Assembly (NCBI GenBank): GCA_011109175.1
Contig: RDEW01000028.1
Coordinates: 401,000-464,999 of the forward strand
DNA length: 64,000 nt
Source of the DNA: Dicyema japonicum
Taxonomy: Eukaryota; Animalia; Dicyemida
Direction of reading: 5' to 3'
Part shown: piece after piece, positions 51,279 through 62,610 of the stretch
Layout of the letters: each line of letters starts with the position of its first letter
Numbering within the stretch: position 1 is the first letter of the stretch
Translations under genes and position numbers: made by a program
The notes under the pieces: model-generated
What the model was told of the DNA's origin: nothing
Seen by the model: only the letters and a program-made list of their open reading frames with translations
Database searches by the model: none

Positions 51279-51905
51279 CAGTGTTTCCCAACCTTAACGT
51301 GCTCGTGGAACCATTTTACATATTCTTTTTATCTGGAACACTTTAAACATAATTCTCCAGTCGATCTATGTTGCGATCGCGAGAGGCAACTCAACGTCAA
51401 TTATATCGGCGGGGACCACTTTTGATTGATTGATTATGTTTTATTGTTTAATAATTTAAAATTTTAAATAATTAAAAATTATTCCAATTATATTTTAAAA
51501 TTAACAAAAACTTAGATAAATTAAAATACCCAAAAAATTTAATGAGAAGATTGAGGCAATTTTTAGCATCGCATAATTTTGTTATTTCCGGTGAAATTGT
51601 CGACAACTGTTTCCTAATGTCAGCAGAGACATTTAGTTTTTTTCTATATTCTGTTTTGGTATACACATAATGTGAAAATCCTACTCACATAAATAAGTTG
51701 TTGGAAAAGGTAATAAGCCACGTATTACCTTTTGTGAAATATCAGGATATTTTGAAATGCACACCTAAATTTATTAATGCAATCATTTTTTTATGTGAAT
51801 CTTTTAATTTCGACTCTGACATTGTAAAACTTTTTCGAGTGAAAGCCATCTTACTTCCATATATCTTGTTTAATAATATCATTAAATGGATATCTAACAA
51901 AAACT
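51279..51905 (-). mobile_element. hAT (Charlie-like) remnant
   Basis: TIR cagtgtttcccaacctt; FPTTYLCE..TKTEYRKKLNVSADIR. Confidence 0.75.
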
Positions 51906-52544
51906 AGCAGAACTGATAATCCTTCGACATCGGCAGATTCGTCAATTTGAATGGCGAATCCATCAGAATTGCGAAACCGAATTATCTCTGATTTTTTATA
52001 CTATCTGAATTCGCCGAGAAACAGTATTATTTGACAATAAGACAAGATCCAGTTTTTTAGCCATTTCTTCTCCGTAAAGACACTTTGAACATAGTTTTAT
52101 AAGATTTTGTGCTTCACCAGATAACTCACCTTAAAATAACTTTCTAATTCAAAAGTTGCTCTGGTCGATTTCAGATTGTCGTTTTTAGCAAAATTTAATA
52201 GAGACGATTTACATTTTAGGGACTGATTGAATTTATTTTGAAAAAATAAAAATCCTTGTTTTTGAGATGATGATGCTTCATTGACAAATGTCTCGGAAGC
52301 TTCGCAGGAGCAAGAGATGTATTTGGCATTATCTGATTGCACATTACGTATTCTGCCGTTTCCGGTAAATCTGTTCAGTTTTTTGCAAATCCATATGAGA
52401 GATAACTTTCATGATATTTTTCCAAATAATAAATTTAATTTATTTACATAGTGAATTTATTATGAGAATAAACTTTAATAAATACAAAAGTGAGGAACTT
52501 TAGTCACGTTCACGTGGTTCCGCGTTTGTAACTTTAGCGCGATC

Positions 52545-52835
52545 CTAGGCGGCTACATAGTTTAAGATTTCTTTTACTTTCTTCTGTTACACATTTCCCT
52601 TGTTCTCCTGGAGTGCTTTATGTGATCCATCTGTATCAGGTACGAAAAATGATCATTTGCTCTCCTATACTTTACTGGAGGGATTCCTTCAACTGCATTC
52701 CTTCAACTGACTGAACGTTTACTTGTGTGATATTGGAAGTACTTTTTGATTCTGTGCAAACTGGATACATTTAATTTTAAACTTAATTTCTTTCTCGCCG
52801 TATACGCGATTTATAAATTATTCAAATTAAATTTG
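52545..52835 (+). mobile_element. short retroposon family 2, diverged copy
   Basis: atgtgatcca...acgaaaaatgatcatttgc...actggaggg...aactggatacat matches the reverse complement of 23846-24138. Confidence 0.75.
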
Positions 52836-53121
52836 TGGTCATGTGGTGAGTGCCATGTACATTGCTAAACTAGTACTAGATTACTATTAACAACAATCAC
52901 GCTAACTATAATTGTACACGTTTGCTCTCTAGGTGGGTGATCTTTCAATAAGGTCCTTAAAATTTTGGGCTAGGATCATTGGTATATTAGGTGTCTCTCA
53001 AGTAGTTCAAAAAAGATGGGGACAAATGATTTAAGACAATCAGTGCCATCAGTGAAGTCACAGAAATATAATTCCGAAGAAAATAGATATTTTAATTTCA
53101 ATAACTTTAGTCTTGGAACTA

Positions 53122-53650
53122 GTAGCCGCGTGGTGCCACGTGGCTACCTGATTGAAGATTTCTTTTCTTCCCTTTGGTGGCGTCATTGGAGTCATCTTAC
53201 TCAGGAGACGCCCGAAGCTTGGCCGGAATTCAAAAGGACCCCATCTATTAATTCCACCGGGAGACAACTTCCCTGGCGACAAGTTCTGGAATCGACCTCA
53301 GCTCCTCTGACGAAAACCCTCTGGATCACTTGGCTTGGGTGAGGGTTCTGCTGGACCGCGTCAGGATCAAGGAATTAGTTTTGTTTTACCTTTGTCTTTG
53401 AATAATTTAAGTAATTTAACAATAACTTTAGTGCTGAACTAAGGAAGCTGAATAAATATTCAGTCCTTGAAGATCGTTTCCGCTTTGCCTTCAATGCATC
53501 TGAAATTGTTAGGAGAACGGGTAAAGGAACCGCCTGCGAAATTTTGAATGTGATTGCGTCAGCAATCAAGGATCGTTTTCACAGCGCTTTGGTATAACCA
53601 TCATCCGCGGTAATGGTCACTGTCAGTCGGAACATGATTTTTAATAACGT
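53122..53650 (+). mobile_element. short retroposon family 3: hairpin and pseudoknot head, unique middle, CRE-derived tail
   Basis: Head hairpin 53122-53147, pseudoknot 53179-53243, tail translating AELRKLNKYSVLEDRFRF...IIRGNG. Confidence 0.75.
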
Positions 53651-53869
53651 TTTTGTTTCTGGTTAGTTAGTTAATTGATTTTGCGAGAAAGTCCTTTAAG
53701 TGTTTCGAGAAAGTCAGTAGTTGGCGGGTTTTGACTCCAAATATTTTGGGATGTTTCTTGAAGGAAAGTGTTTCTCCAAGAATGGTTATAATTGGGTGAA
53801 AATTTAACTGATGATACTCAGACGTGAATAGAGAAACGGTAGACTTTAATGGAGATAAAGAAAAATGAT

Positions 53870-54400
53870 TTAAACCAAAATAGTTTTCAAAAATTAGTTA
53901 AGGGAGATAACTAGCTACCACAAGTCCTACCATATGTCTTGGACTCTTCTCCAGTATCCATCTTCATCTGTTGTCAGATTCTGAAGTTTTTATATACGAA
54001 TCTCGAACACGACTTCTTTATAAAATTAATCACTTTTCCATTGGCTCTATTAGGCCACTTTAGCTCCATCGGTTTTGACAAATCAGCCATATTTAATCTT
54101 GACAAGCCTTCATCCACCTTATTATTTCCAATAGGGCTTTTGTCTCACATAAACGGCATAGTAATGTTTCGTGCCATATATTATCAAATGTTTTTGATAT
54201 ACCAAAGCAAACAGCATTCAGGTGACTTTTGAAATCTCTTGCTCTGGTAATTTCAGGGATTAGAAGAAAGATACAGTCACCAACGGATCTTCCAGCCCGG
54301 AATCCATATTGTTGGTTAATAAGGAAGTCATTCACTCCAACAAAATGAAACAGTCTTTTGTAGAATCTTCGGTTTTCCTAGTTGGACGTTAACTCAGGGG
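53870..54400 (-). mobile_element. LINE RT fragment
   Basis: QQYGFRAGRS...ISKTFDNIWHE. Confidence 0.7.
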
Positions 54401-54539
54401 ATCATTCTCGATTTTCATAGGTATCTAAAAAAAACCTTTATAATTCGTATTTTTATGTATTTTTAACATACACAATTTCATTTCGTTACAATTTTTCAAA
54501 ACTAACAGAAATACATTTAATGATAATTTTAAACCAAAG

Positions 54540-54790
54540 TAGGATGGCTCAGTATCAGTCAGAATTCCGATGCTTCCAGATTCGAAGAATCTTTCGTGTC
54601 CATTTCATCAGAAGGTTGCATATATCTACGATGGCTTCTGGCTTGAAGAGAGACGATGTAATCAGTGATACCTCACTGCGGAAATGAATTATCTATAGGG
54701 ACTCACACGCAACCAAAAAGAAATTAAGACCATTCTAGATGCTTTTGCCCACTAAAAAATAATGCATATTCTTTAACTTTCCTAGATAAT
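54540..54790 (+). mobile_element. SINE family 1, diverged
   Basis: tggctcagt head, gaaggtt..cagtgatacctcactgcggaa core. Confidence 0.7.
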
Positions 54791-55069
54791 ATTGCATTTT
54801 TGACATTTATGATTCGCAAATTTTTTACCGTATTTCTAAAGTGCAATGACTAACTTAAGATAATAATCGAATATATTAAGTTTTTGAGCTATAATCTCGT
54901 CGACACAAAAATAGTTTGTGATGAGATTAATGAGTGACATCAATGATTCTAAAATTGTGCGTTCAATATAATCTGATTATTGTTGAAATATTTTTTTTAT
55001 AAATTAAACAAACTAAAAGATGAAAGTCACAAAATGCTAAAGAATAAGAAAAGAATTTATTTATAGCCA

Positions 55070-56794
55070 TCACCAAGCTCCAACGGACATAAGATTGCGC
55101 CTCTCTTCAGTATACTTTTCACGTCGATCCTCAACCTTTAATGAAATAAAGTCAGAACCAATTCCCTCCATTTCAAGAAAAGAGAAAAACCAATCAAAAT
55201 TAAGAATAATATCAAAAGGGAAATCGCTGTATAAAGAAAAGAATTCCCAAAAGATATGAATACTTTAAGTTCCCATTTTTCATTTTTATTTACCAAAATA
55301 TAGGCGTGGGAGTTGGGGATGAGTCCTTTCCATGTTTCTGTATAAATTAACTGCAATAAGCCAACAGAAACCCCATTTAAAAAGTGAGCAGCATCCACAC
55401 GTGGAACAAACCTGGGATTAAGATCAAGTCCAAAAGCTAGATAAGGAAAGTGCAGGGTTTGGTGGGAATAAGAGGGAAGGAAAGTATCTTAGAATACACA
55501 ATAAGGAATACAAGAAGTGGTGGAGAGGACTGAGCCAAACGTCCGAGAGAACAGACGGATTGGAGTGGCAGAGAGAGAAGTGTTATGATGTGTGATGCTA
55601 ATAAACAAAAAAGCTCTGTTTTGATTTTCAACGGGGGAGGACAAGAAAATCTTAGAGCTACTTTGGACTAAAAGAAAAGCAGCCGAAGTCTTTGTGTTAC
55701 AAACAAATTACTTGAAGATAGAAGGGGGCTATCACAGACAGGTTTACAAATGGTACAATTTTGAGGATAAAATTATGCCCGGATGGAGTGTTTATGCATT
55801 CAGAACATGTTTGATTTTGACGAAGGAGATATCCACTAAAAATTTAATGTGAAATAAACCCCCCTTTAATCAAAGGAGGCAAAATTAGGTCAATAACTCC
55901 ATCAAAATCGAGATCAACTGTGCGAATAGGTGCCAATGTCGTCAACTGGATAGAGCAAGTGTAAAGTATCTCCCATCGATCCTCCATACGGGCATATATC
56001 CTCCAGTCAGAGCAGTCTTCATTCATACAAACCGGCAAAATATGAACCTGAGTCCCATCTATTGGTAATTTAGCCAAAAACCCAAATCATAGAAGCTTGA
56101 CTCCCCAATACGAACGCCAGGTGGTAGTTTGTAAGAATTGATGAGGGTAAGTTCATGAGAGTTCCAAATTTCAAACCCAACTGGAGTTGTGAAGAAGAAC
56201 ACTAAAACATGCAAAAAGGAAAACCTGTTGAAGGAAAGGATAGACTTATTTGGTGGTTGGAATGCAATTTAGTCCAACTAGAAGGCCCAAATCCCTTTCG
56301 GGAAAGGAAATTGCGCGACTCTCCGATTTCATACAAAACTGAGGTCTGGTTCTGCAGAAAAGTGAGAATCGAAGGAGAAGACCCCCTACTAGCAAATTAT
56401 AGAGAAATATAACCTTATAATGAAAGGTTCCACTGGGAATATGCCCATTGTGTGAGGAGGGCCGTTCAAATCCCATAAAATGGTATATTCAAAGTCTTCC
56501 ATATCCTGGATAACAACCAGTACATCTAATATTCCATTTCTATCAAAATCCAGTGGGACTGTGGATATGATTCTCTTGTTGGTAGAGAAAATAGTTCTTC
56601 TGACAACTGAAAGATCAGTTTGAAATTCAAGGAAATTAAGACAAGTCCCTAAAATGACTTACATGTCTACCAGTTTGAGATGTGGTGAACATCCCTATTT
56701 TGTCTCCCCATTCTACTAAGGATAACACGTTTCCGTTGTCAATAAATGTATTGGAGTGAATTTCAAAGATTAATAATAATAAAGAGAACATCAT
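55070..56794 (-). CDS. ITFG1: T-cell immunomodulatory protein / LINKIN (FG-GAP repeats, single transmembrane helix)
   Basis: Signal peptide, DFDRNGILDVL and DLDFDGVIDLIL repeats, LPSYSYFGLG, WKGLIPNS, transmembrane helix then LKWRE..EDRREK. Confidence 0.88.
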
Positions 56795-57084
56795 ACAAAA
56801 GCTATAACATAAAATAATTATTTTATACTGTTATTAAATTTAAAAAATTATTATATTAAATATTAAAATTAAAAAATGTTTATGTAATATCAAATTATAG
56901 TTATGTGGTTATATCGTCAATAATTGTTAAGTTGGGAACATCTGGATAATATCAATAAAATTTTGATCTTAATTTAGTGAAATAAATTCAAACATATCTT
57001 TTAAAATATCAAAATGATTTGATTATTAGATAAGATTTAATTTATAAAAAAAATGTAAAAATTGATTTTTATATTTTTTTCAGA

Positions 57085-57231
57085 TTATTTAGAAAAAAAG
57101 AAGTGAAGATCATTCCTTGGTTCTACGATTAGTTAAAATTAACTGTTCTTTACTTAAATAAAGTGTGTGTCCTGCCTATGCGGAGCTATAAATACTATGG
57201 CTCTCGTGAAAAGGCTTTATTATTATTATTA
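57085..57231 (+). mobile_element. SINE family 1, 3' half
   Basis: ctacgattagtt...ctgttctttacttaaataaagtgtgtgtcct, (TTA)n tail. Confidence 0.8.
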
Positions 57232-57237
57232 TGAAGA

Positions 57238-58200
57238 AAATAGGACAAATCATTTTAGGACAATTTATAAGGAAATTAATCAATAATAAACCAAAAGTCA
57301 GAATTAATTTATTTAAAATTGATTGGCTGTATTAATTAATTCTCTTTCGTTTAGAGCCATTCCCTAGCTCTCTAACTGCAATCTCTTGGTCACCAATCTG
57401 ATCTTCACTCCAGCATTGTTGTTCCCATGGGTACGATTCCGTCATCCTCAACTTGTTTTTAGAGACTTTCGTTGTAGGAAATGAATGACTTCACTAACAT
57501 CACTCTATTGAAAGTTTATCCCATGTCGGTGCTCCACTAACATGCTTTCAAGAGAAAACTATGTATTGTCAGAGAAATTATAATTTAGCATGAAATATTT
57601 TTCAATATTGTTTTCATTGAAATTTCTATCTTTGAACATTTGTTTTTTAAACGGGGGAAGATTGTTTTACTGCAATCGAAGTAGAGGGACATTTTAGAAG
57701 GTTGCAGTATGTCATTGGATTTATTTATTTGTTAGTCATTTTGACAACATCCATTAAATCATTCTTCACATACCTTTCAATAAAATAATTTTCAATATCC
57801 CCCTTTACAGAAATAAAGATGATCTTTTCAAAAACAGCATAACTTTCTCCGATTGAAACAACGTGAGTTTTGCAATTTTTCCAAATTAAATTTTAGCCAT
57901 TAATATTTCGAAATCTCAAAGAATTCATGAAAGAAATTTTCATTCATTATTAATTGCTTCATATTTGCAACAATAATTCCATCGTCTCCAAAATTGTTTA
58001 ATGTTTTGTATTGCAATGAGATTTTCGGAATAATAAATACGCTTCTAAGGAACTCCCCATCTTGTGATAATTACATTTGGAGGTAGTTCAATCTCATACA
58101 AGATAGCTCTGCGCTTTATTGATTTCGAAAAAAAAATTTTCATTTTCTCAAAGTCATTAACTGCGAGATATTTTGACATTATTTTCATTGTACAATTTTG
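57238..58200 (-). mobile_element. decayed hAT-like transposase; the other end may lie at about 60460-60530
   Basis: ELPPNVIITRWG..LEA..YYSEN and CPSTSIAV...KDRNFNENNIEKY; clustered taggac motifs at 57238-57265 and 60484-60525. Confidence 0.65.
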
Positions 58201-58379
58201 TAGCGAATGAAAAAACAAGTAATATGAAAAATTTTATTATTTTTATTTTTCAGTATCTTGCCAGTCTTATTTTTAATAAGAATTTATCAAAAACATCTCA
58301 AATTGTTTGAATTAAAATCATAAAATTTATAAAAATGTAAGGAAATTTAAGCCTTGTTCTTTTTCATACATGAAACTTT

Positions 58380-59800
58380 AACTCTAAACACCAATCCTAA
58401 ACTAACCAAAAACCCTAAACACTGACCCTAACAAAAATTATAAACACTGACCCTAACCAAAAACCCTAACACTACCCTAACAAAAACCCTCAAAGTATAA
58501 ATTATTAAACATAATTTATTAATTAAATTATTTAGCGTTTTCGATCACTTTAACTCGTGACCTGTGAATATTTTCATCCTCATTGTTATTGGGAAAACCC
58601 TCAATTTTGGTTACTTCATAGATGGTACAGTCAAGCGTACAGTGCCACTGTACGATGAGCTGATTTTCGCCATGATCTCCTCTTTTAAGGACCTTGTCAC
58701 CAACTTTTAAAGTTTCTTCGTCGTTTCTCCACCTTCTTTTTCAATCATCTTTTGTCCTGCTACTTTGGTATATATTCGTGCCTCATCCCTTGCTTCATCC
58801 ACTTCATAAGACAGAAAATTCGACAAATCCTCCGAAATTGCTTCCTGTGGATACTTACATCCCATACATATGAAGAATAACATTTTTCGTGTCTCGTGTA
58901 TCGAATTGTTGTAATCAAAAACAATTTTTTTAAATGAAGAACATAACTCCCAAACTCTCCGTTGGAAGCGGATGTGGAGGAAATCCATTTTTTATTGATT
59001 GAAATCTAAATTTATAATTTCTTTTTTTACCTCTCTACTTGACCTTGATCCATGGAGCACGCGGTCTACCATAGACATATTTGACCCGAAGTTCCAGTAA
59101 CATGTCGGTCATCAATTTATTTTTAAATTTTTTTTCCGTTGTCCGTGTGTAATAATAACGGAAGGCCATATGTATAAAATTTTTTTGAAGAGTTTCAACT
59201 ACTTCCTTTGAATTTTTGGAGTAGAGAGTTTCGACCATACCAAATTTGCCGAAACAATCAACAACTGTCAAAAGCTACAGAAAATTAATGAGAAAAATAC
59301 CCATGAATAACCCAAGTTTTTGTCAGAATAACGTCGCAAATCGATCAGATCGGCTATATATCTGTCGCGTGGGTATTTTTCCACAATTGATGTTATTGGA
59401 GGTTTTGTTTCCAAAAGCCTCTTAGACACACAAAATGGACACAATTTTACAATATCTCCAACTTCGTTCGTTGTCACATTGTAGTACAGCTTTTTCAAAA
59501 TACTAAAAAGTGTTACTGCTCATGTGGATTTGTTGTGTTCAGGCTAAAAACTTAAAGATTGAATATACCTCAATAGTTAATCGTTTTAGCTCTAGTTCGT
59601 CGTTTGCAAAAATCGTAATTTATAATTTGTTTCCTACAAATGAGCAATTATAAATATACGTAGATATATGGCACATCGTCTTCAAACGTTAAACTACTGG
59701 CAAGTCTTTTATAACGCCTCTTGTCGGATATTGCCAGATATGAAGGGAACAAGTCACATTCTTTAAATTCCTTAATTATTTTCAGGTCGTGAAGAAACAA
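58380..59800 (-). mobile_element. Ginger-like DNA transposon (retroviral-type integrase) with tiny introns, degraded
   Basis: CPFC zinc motif, RDRYIADLIDL, SW|LLTVVDCFGKF, HTDNG, GRPRAPW..VER|F; introns 59275-59300 and 59006-59030; ccctaa-rich subterminal repeats 58380-58492. Confidence 0.8.
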
Positions 59801-60017
59801 TCAAACAACAAAAACCATCAGTCGCGTGTTAATAAAAGTTTGCTAAATAATTTTTAAATAATTTAAATTAATTATTATTAAAAAACAATTTATATATTAA
59901 AAACTAAGTACTTTGATACTGTACCCATTCTCCAATTTTATTTTTTCCAAAAAACTAAAAAAATGATTATTTTAAAATAAAAAATATATATTTGTAATCC
60001 TTATCCAATAACGAAGA

Positions 60018-60377
60018 CACGTACAGACACGTTCGCCCAGAAAAATCTCACGAGAGTGCTACAAGGGCCTGTTCAGCATCCGTAAAGGCGGAGAAGGCCA
60101 AACTCGTTAAATACGTCGACCTTCCCGATGATGTCAAATTTGTTCCCCTTGCTATGGAGACTTCCGGATCCTACTCCCCCTCTACACTCGAGTTTTTCGG
60201 ACGTCTTGGAAACCGGATCACCTCATGCACTGGAGATCTCCGTGAACGCCGCTGGCTATTTGAGCGAATTTCGCTCGCAATTTTGAGAGGGAACAGCCAC
60301 GCAGTGAGGGCGGCAGCTACCTGACTTCTATTGTTTAAATACACTTTTAAATCAATAAAATTTAACGAATTAAAAAA
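60018..60377 (+). mobile_element. young 5'-truncated CRE-like insertion
   Basis: KAEKAKLVKYVDL...FVPLAMETSG...ERRWLFERISLAILRGNSHAVRAAAT*, aataaa and A-tail; 11-bp TSD aataacgaaga at 60007-60017 and 60378-60388. Confidence 0.9.
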
Positions 60378-60559
60378 AATAACGAAGAAAAATATATAAT
60401 TATTTTTTTAATGATTAAAATCATTGACCATGTGTGGGCCGATACCACGTACGACATACTATTCTAGGAAAATTTTATATTTGAAATAGGACAATGTCCT
60501 ATTTTTTGTCCTAAATAGGACAATTTCCGCTTTAATAATAATTTAATAATTAAATAATA

Positions 60560-61300
60560 ATTTAGGCCGCCAGTTTCCTCTGACTTTTGCTATTGAGATG
60601 CGCTATCAAAGCCATCCTTTTTCGAGTTGATCCTTAGAAATTTTTTTGATCATTGAACCGATCCGACGGACTAAGTTGTCCGCTTGTGAGCCAAGGATTC
60701 CAGGCGTTTTTAGACCAATAGTTACAAAAAATGGTCTTCCGAAAAAATTTGGTACATTCTTTTTTATCCCCTGCATGCTTGAATGCATGACCTGTGTCCG
60801 ACGCAGAAGCAACCAATTTTTCTGAAGGTAAGTGTCAACCATCTAGCGTCCACATCAGATTTCGTTCCTTCTCAAGATTTCTTTGGGACCACTTAAAGTT
60901 TAAGGCCAATACGGATTGAAGTGTTATTCTCACTAAATCATCCATCATCCAATAGATTGTCAATTTCAACACATGGATAAGCAGTTAGTCAAGTACTTGT
61001 TGAATGATAGCTTGCTGTTTTGAGGCAGTGCACTGAATGCGCTGTCCAAGGGTAAAGTAAGATTCATTCTATTAAATCTAAAAAACAATTCTTCCTGAAG
61101 CCACCCAGAATCATCAAAATGTATATTCAAAATCGCTTCAACTGCTGACTTAATTTGACCGATAAGTAGAGATAAAAGATCTTCATCATAGCGGAAGTAA
61201 CTTAGGAGGGTGAAAAGGATATTTGGAAGCTGTTTGTGAGAATAAATAGTCCAGCATGGATGTCCAGAAAGGTCAAACAATTGACAAACTTTTCCGGAAG
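60560..61300 (-). mobile_element. degenerate CRE-like element
   Basis: AVEAILNIHFDDSGWLQ..L, F.TIGLKTPG, EKGWL motifs. Confidence 0.65.
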
Positions 61301-61379
61301 TGTTATTTTGTTTCCCAACGATTTCCTTGTTTAAAAAAACACAGCACTTTTCTCAAGAGTCATAATACTTATAGTTCTG

Positions 61380-61560
61380 AAGAGGTAGGACACGCTTCGT
61401 CGAGTAAAGAACAGTTATGATGACTAATCGTAGAAAGAGAACAAAGGAATGTTCTTAATTTTTTTTGGTTTTGTGAGTTCTTGTAAACGATCCGATTCCG
61501 CAATTAACTAATGACAGCGTCACTCGTCAAATCCAAGATATTGTGGATGCGTGGAACCTG
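61380..61560 (-). mobile_element. SINE family 1 fragment
   Basis: agtaaagaacagttatgatgactaatcgtaga and cactcgtcaa..gtggaacc match family 1. Confidence 0.8.
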
Positions 61561-61899
61561 TAAAGCAACCCTTTTGGATATAATTTGGAATTATATCTGG
61601 CGCCACCAGAGATAGTGAATTATATGACGAACGCTAACAATTCAAACTCCCTGGAGTCAAAAGGGAAACGAAGGAACAGAAGAAACAAACAAAAAATCTT
61701 CAATTCAAGTATCCCATAGCACTACACTAACATTGGCGCCACGTGGCATAGTTGCAATGAAAAAAATAATGTTTAATTGGTTCCCTTCTAGATCAGACGC
61801 CCTCCGGAGTGGGATTTCTGTCGCAATTATGAAAGGTGGAATTTTTTTTGACTCAACTGGCGACTTGAGCTCAAGGAGGATAAATATGCAGGACAAGCT

Positions 61900-62610
61900 A
61901 TATTAGTGGAGGAATGGATTCCCAGACCGTCAAAACGAACGAGTATGGTGTTCTACGACAGCTACAAACAAATTGCAAACTAGTCTGAAAAGTCTTCATG
62001 AATGGTCGAACAGAAATTAAATGTCAACGTCCACAAAAAAGTCATCGACTTGTCTTTTTATATCGAATAGAAAGCTATCAAGTGATTCCGCCGAACTATT
62101 TTTGAATAGTAAACTAATTCCACCAAAAAAAAGCTAAGATTCTAGGAGTAAAATTTGACACTATAATGACCTTCAGCAGACATATGTTAAACGTCGGCAC
62201 GAAAGCTTAATTTCGTGAAGGTGCTCGTCTCAAAATTTAAAAGATCCCCAAACCGGTCATTATCAACGTTATACACTCAATTCATCGAACCAACTATAAT
62301 TTATGGATGTGCAGCTTGGGGAACAAAAATTGCCAAAACACACATGGATAAGATCAACTCCGCCGAATCCAATATGACCAAAATAATCTCCCGAATCACA
62401 AGACTACCAATAAGGGCAACCCATTTAAGGTCCTTGTGAGGAATTCCGGCGGCATATTTACCCAAAATATAAAACCGCTAGAAGAACGGTTTTATCAAAA
62501 ATGTGTCGGTTTCCAAGAGCAACATAGGGAAAAGATGAGAATATTGCTGAGAGCGTTTTTCTTTTAATTAGTGTTTACCTGGTTATTTTTGGCTTATTAA
62601 CAACAATAAT
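61900..62610 (+). mobile_element. LINE 3' fragment
   Basis: RFLGVKFD..MTF..H, LYTQFIEPTIIYGCAAWG; tail ttggcttattaacaacaataa. Confidence 0.75.
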
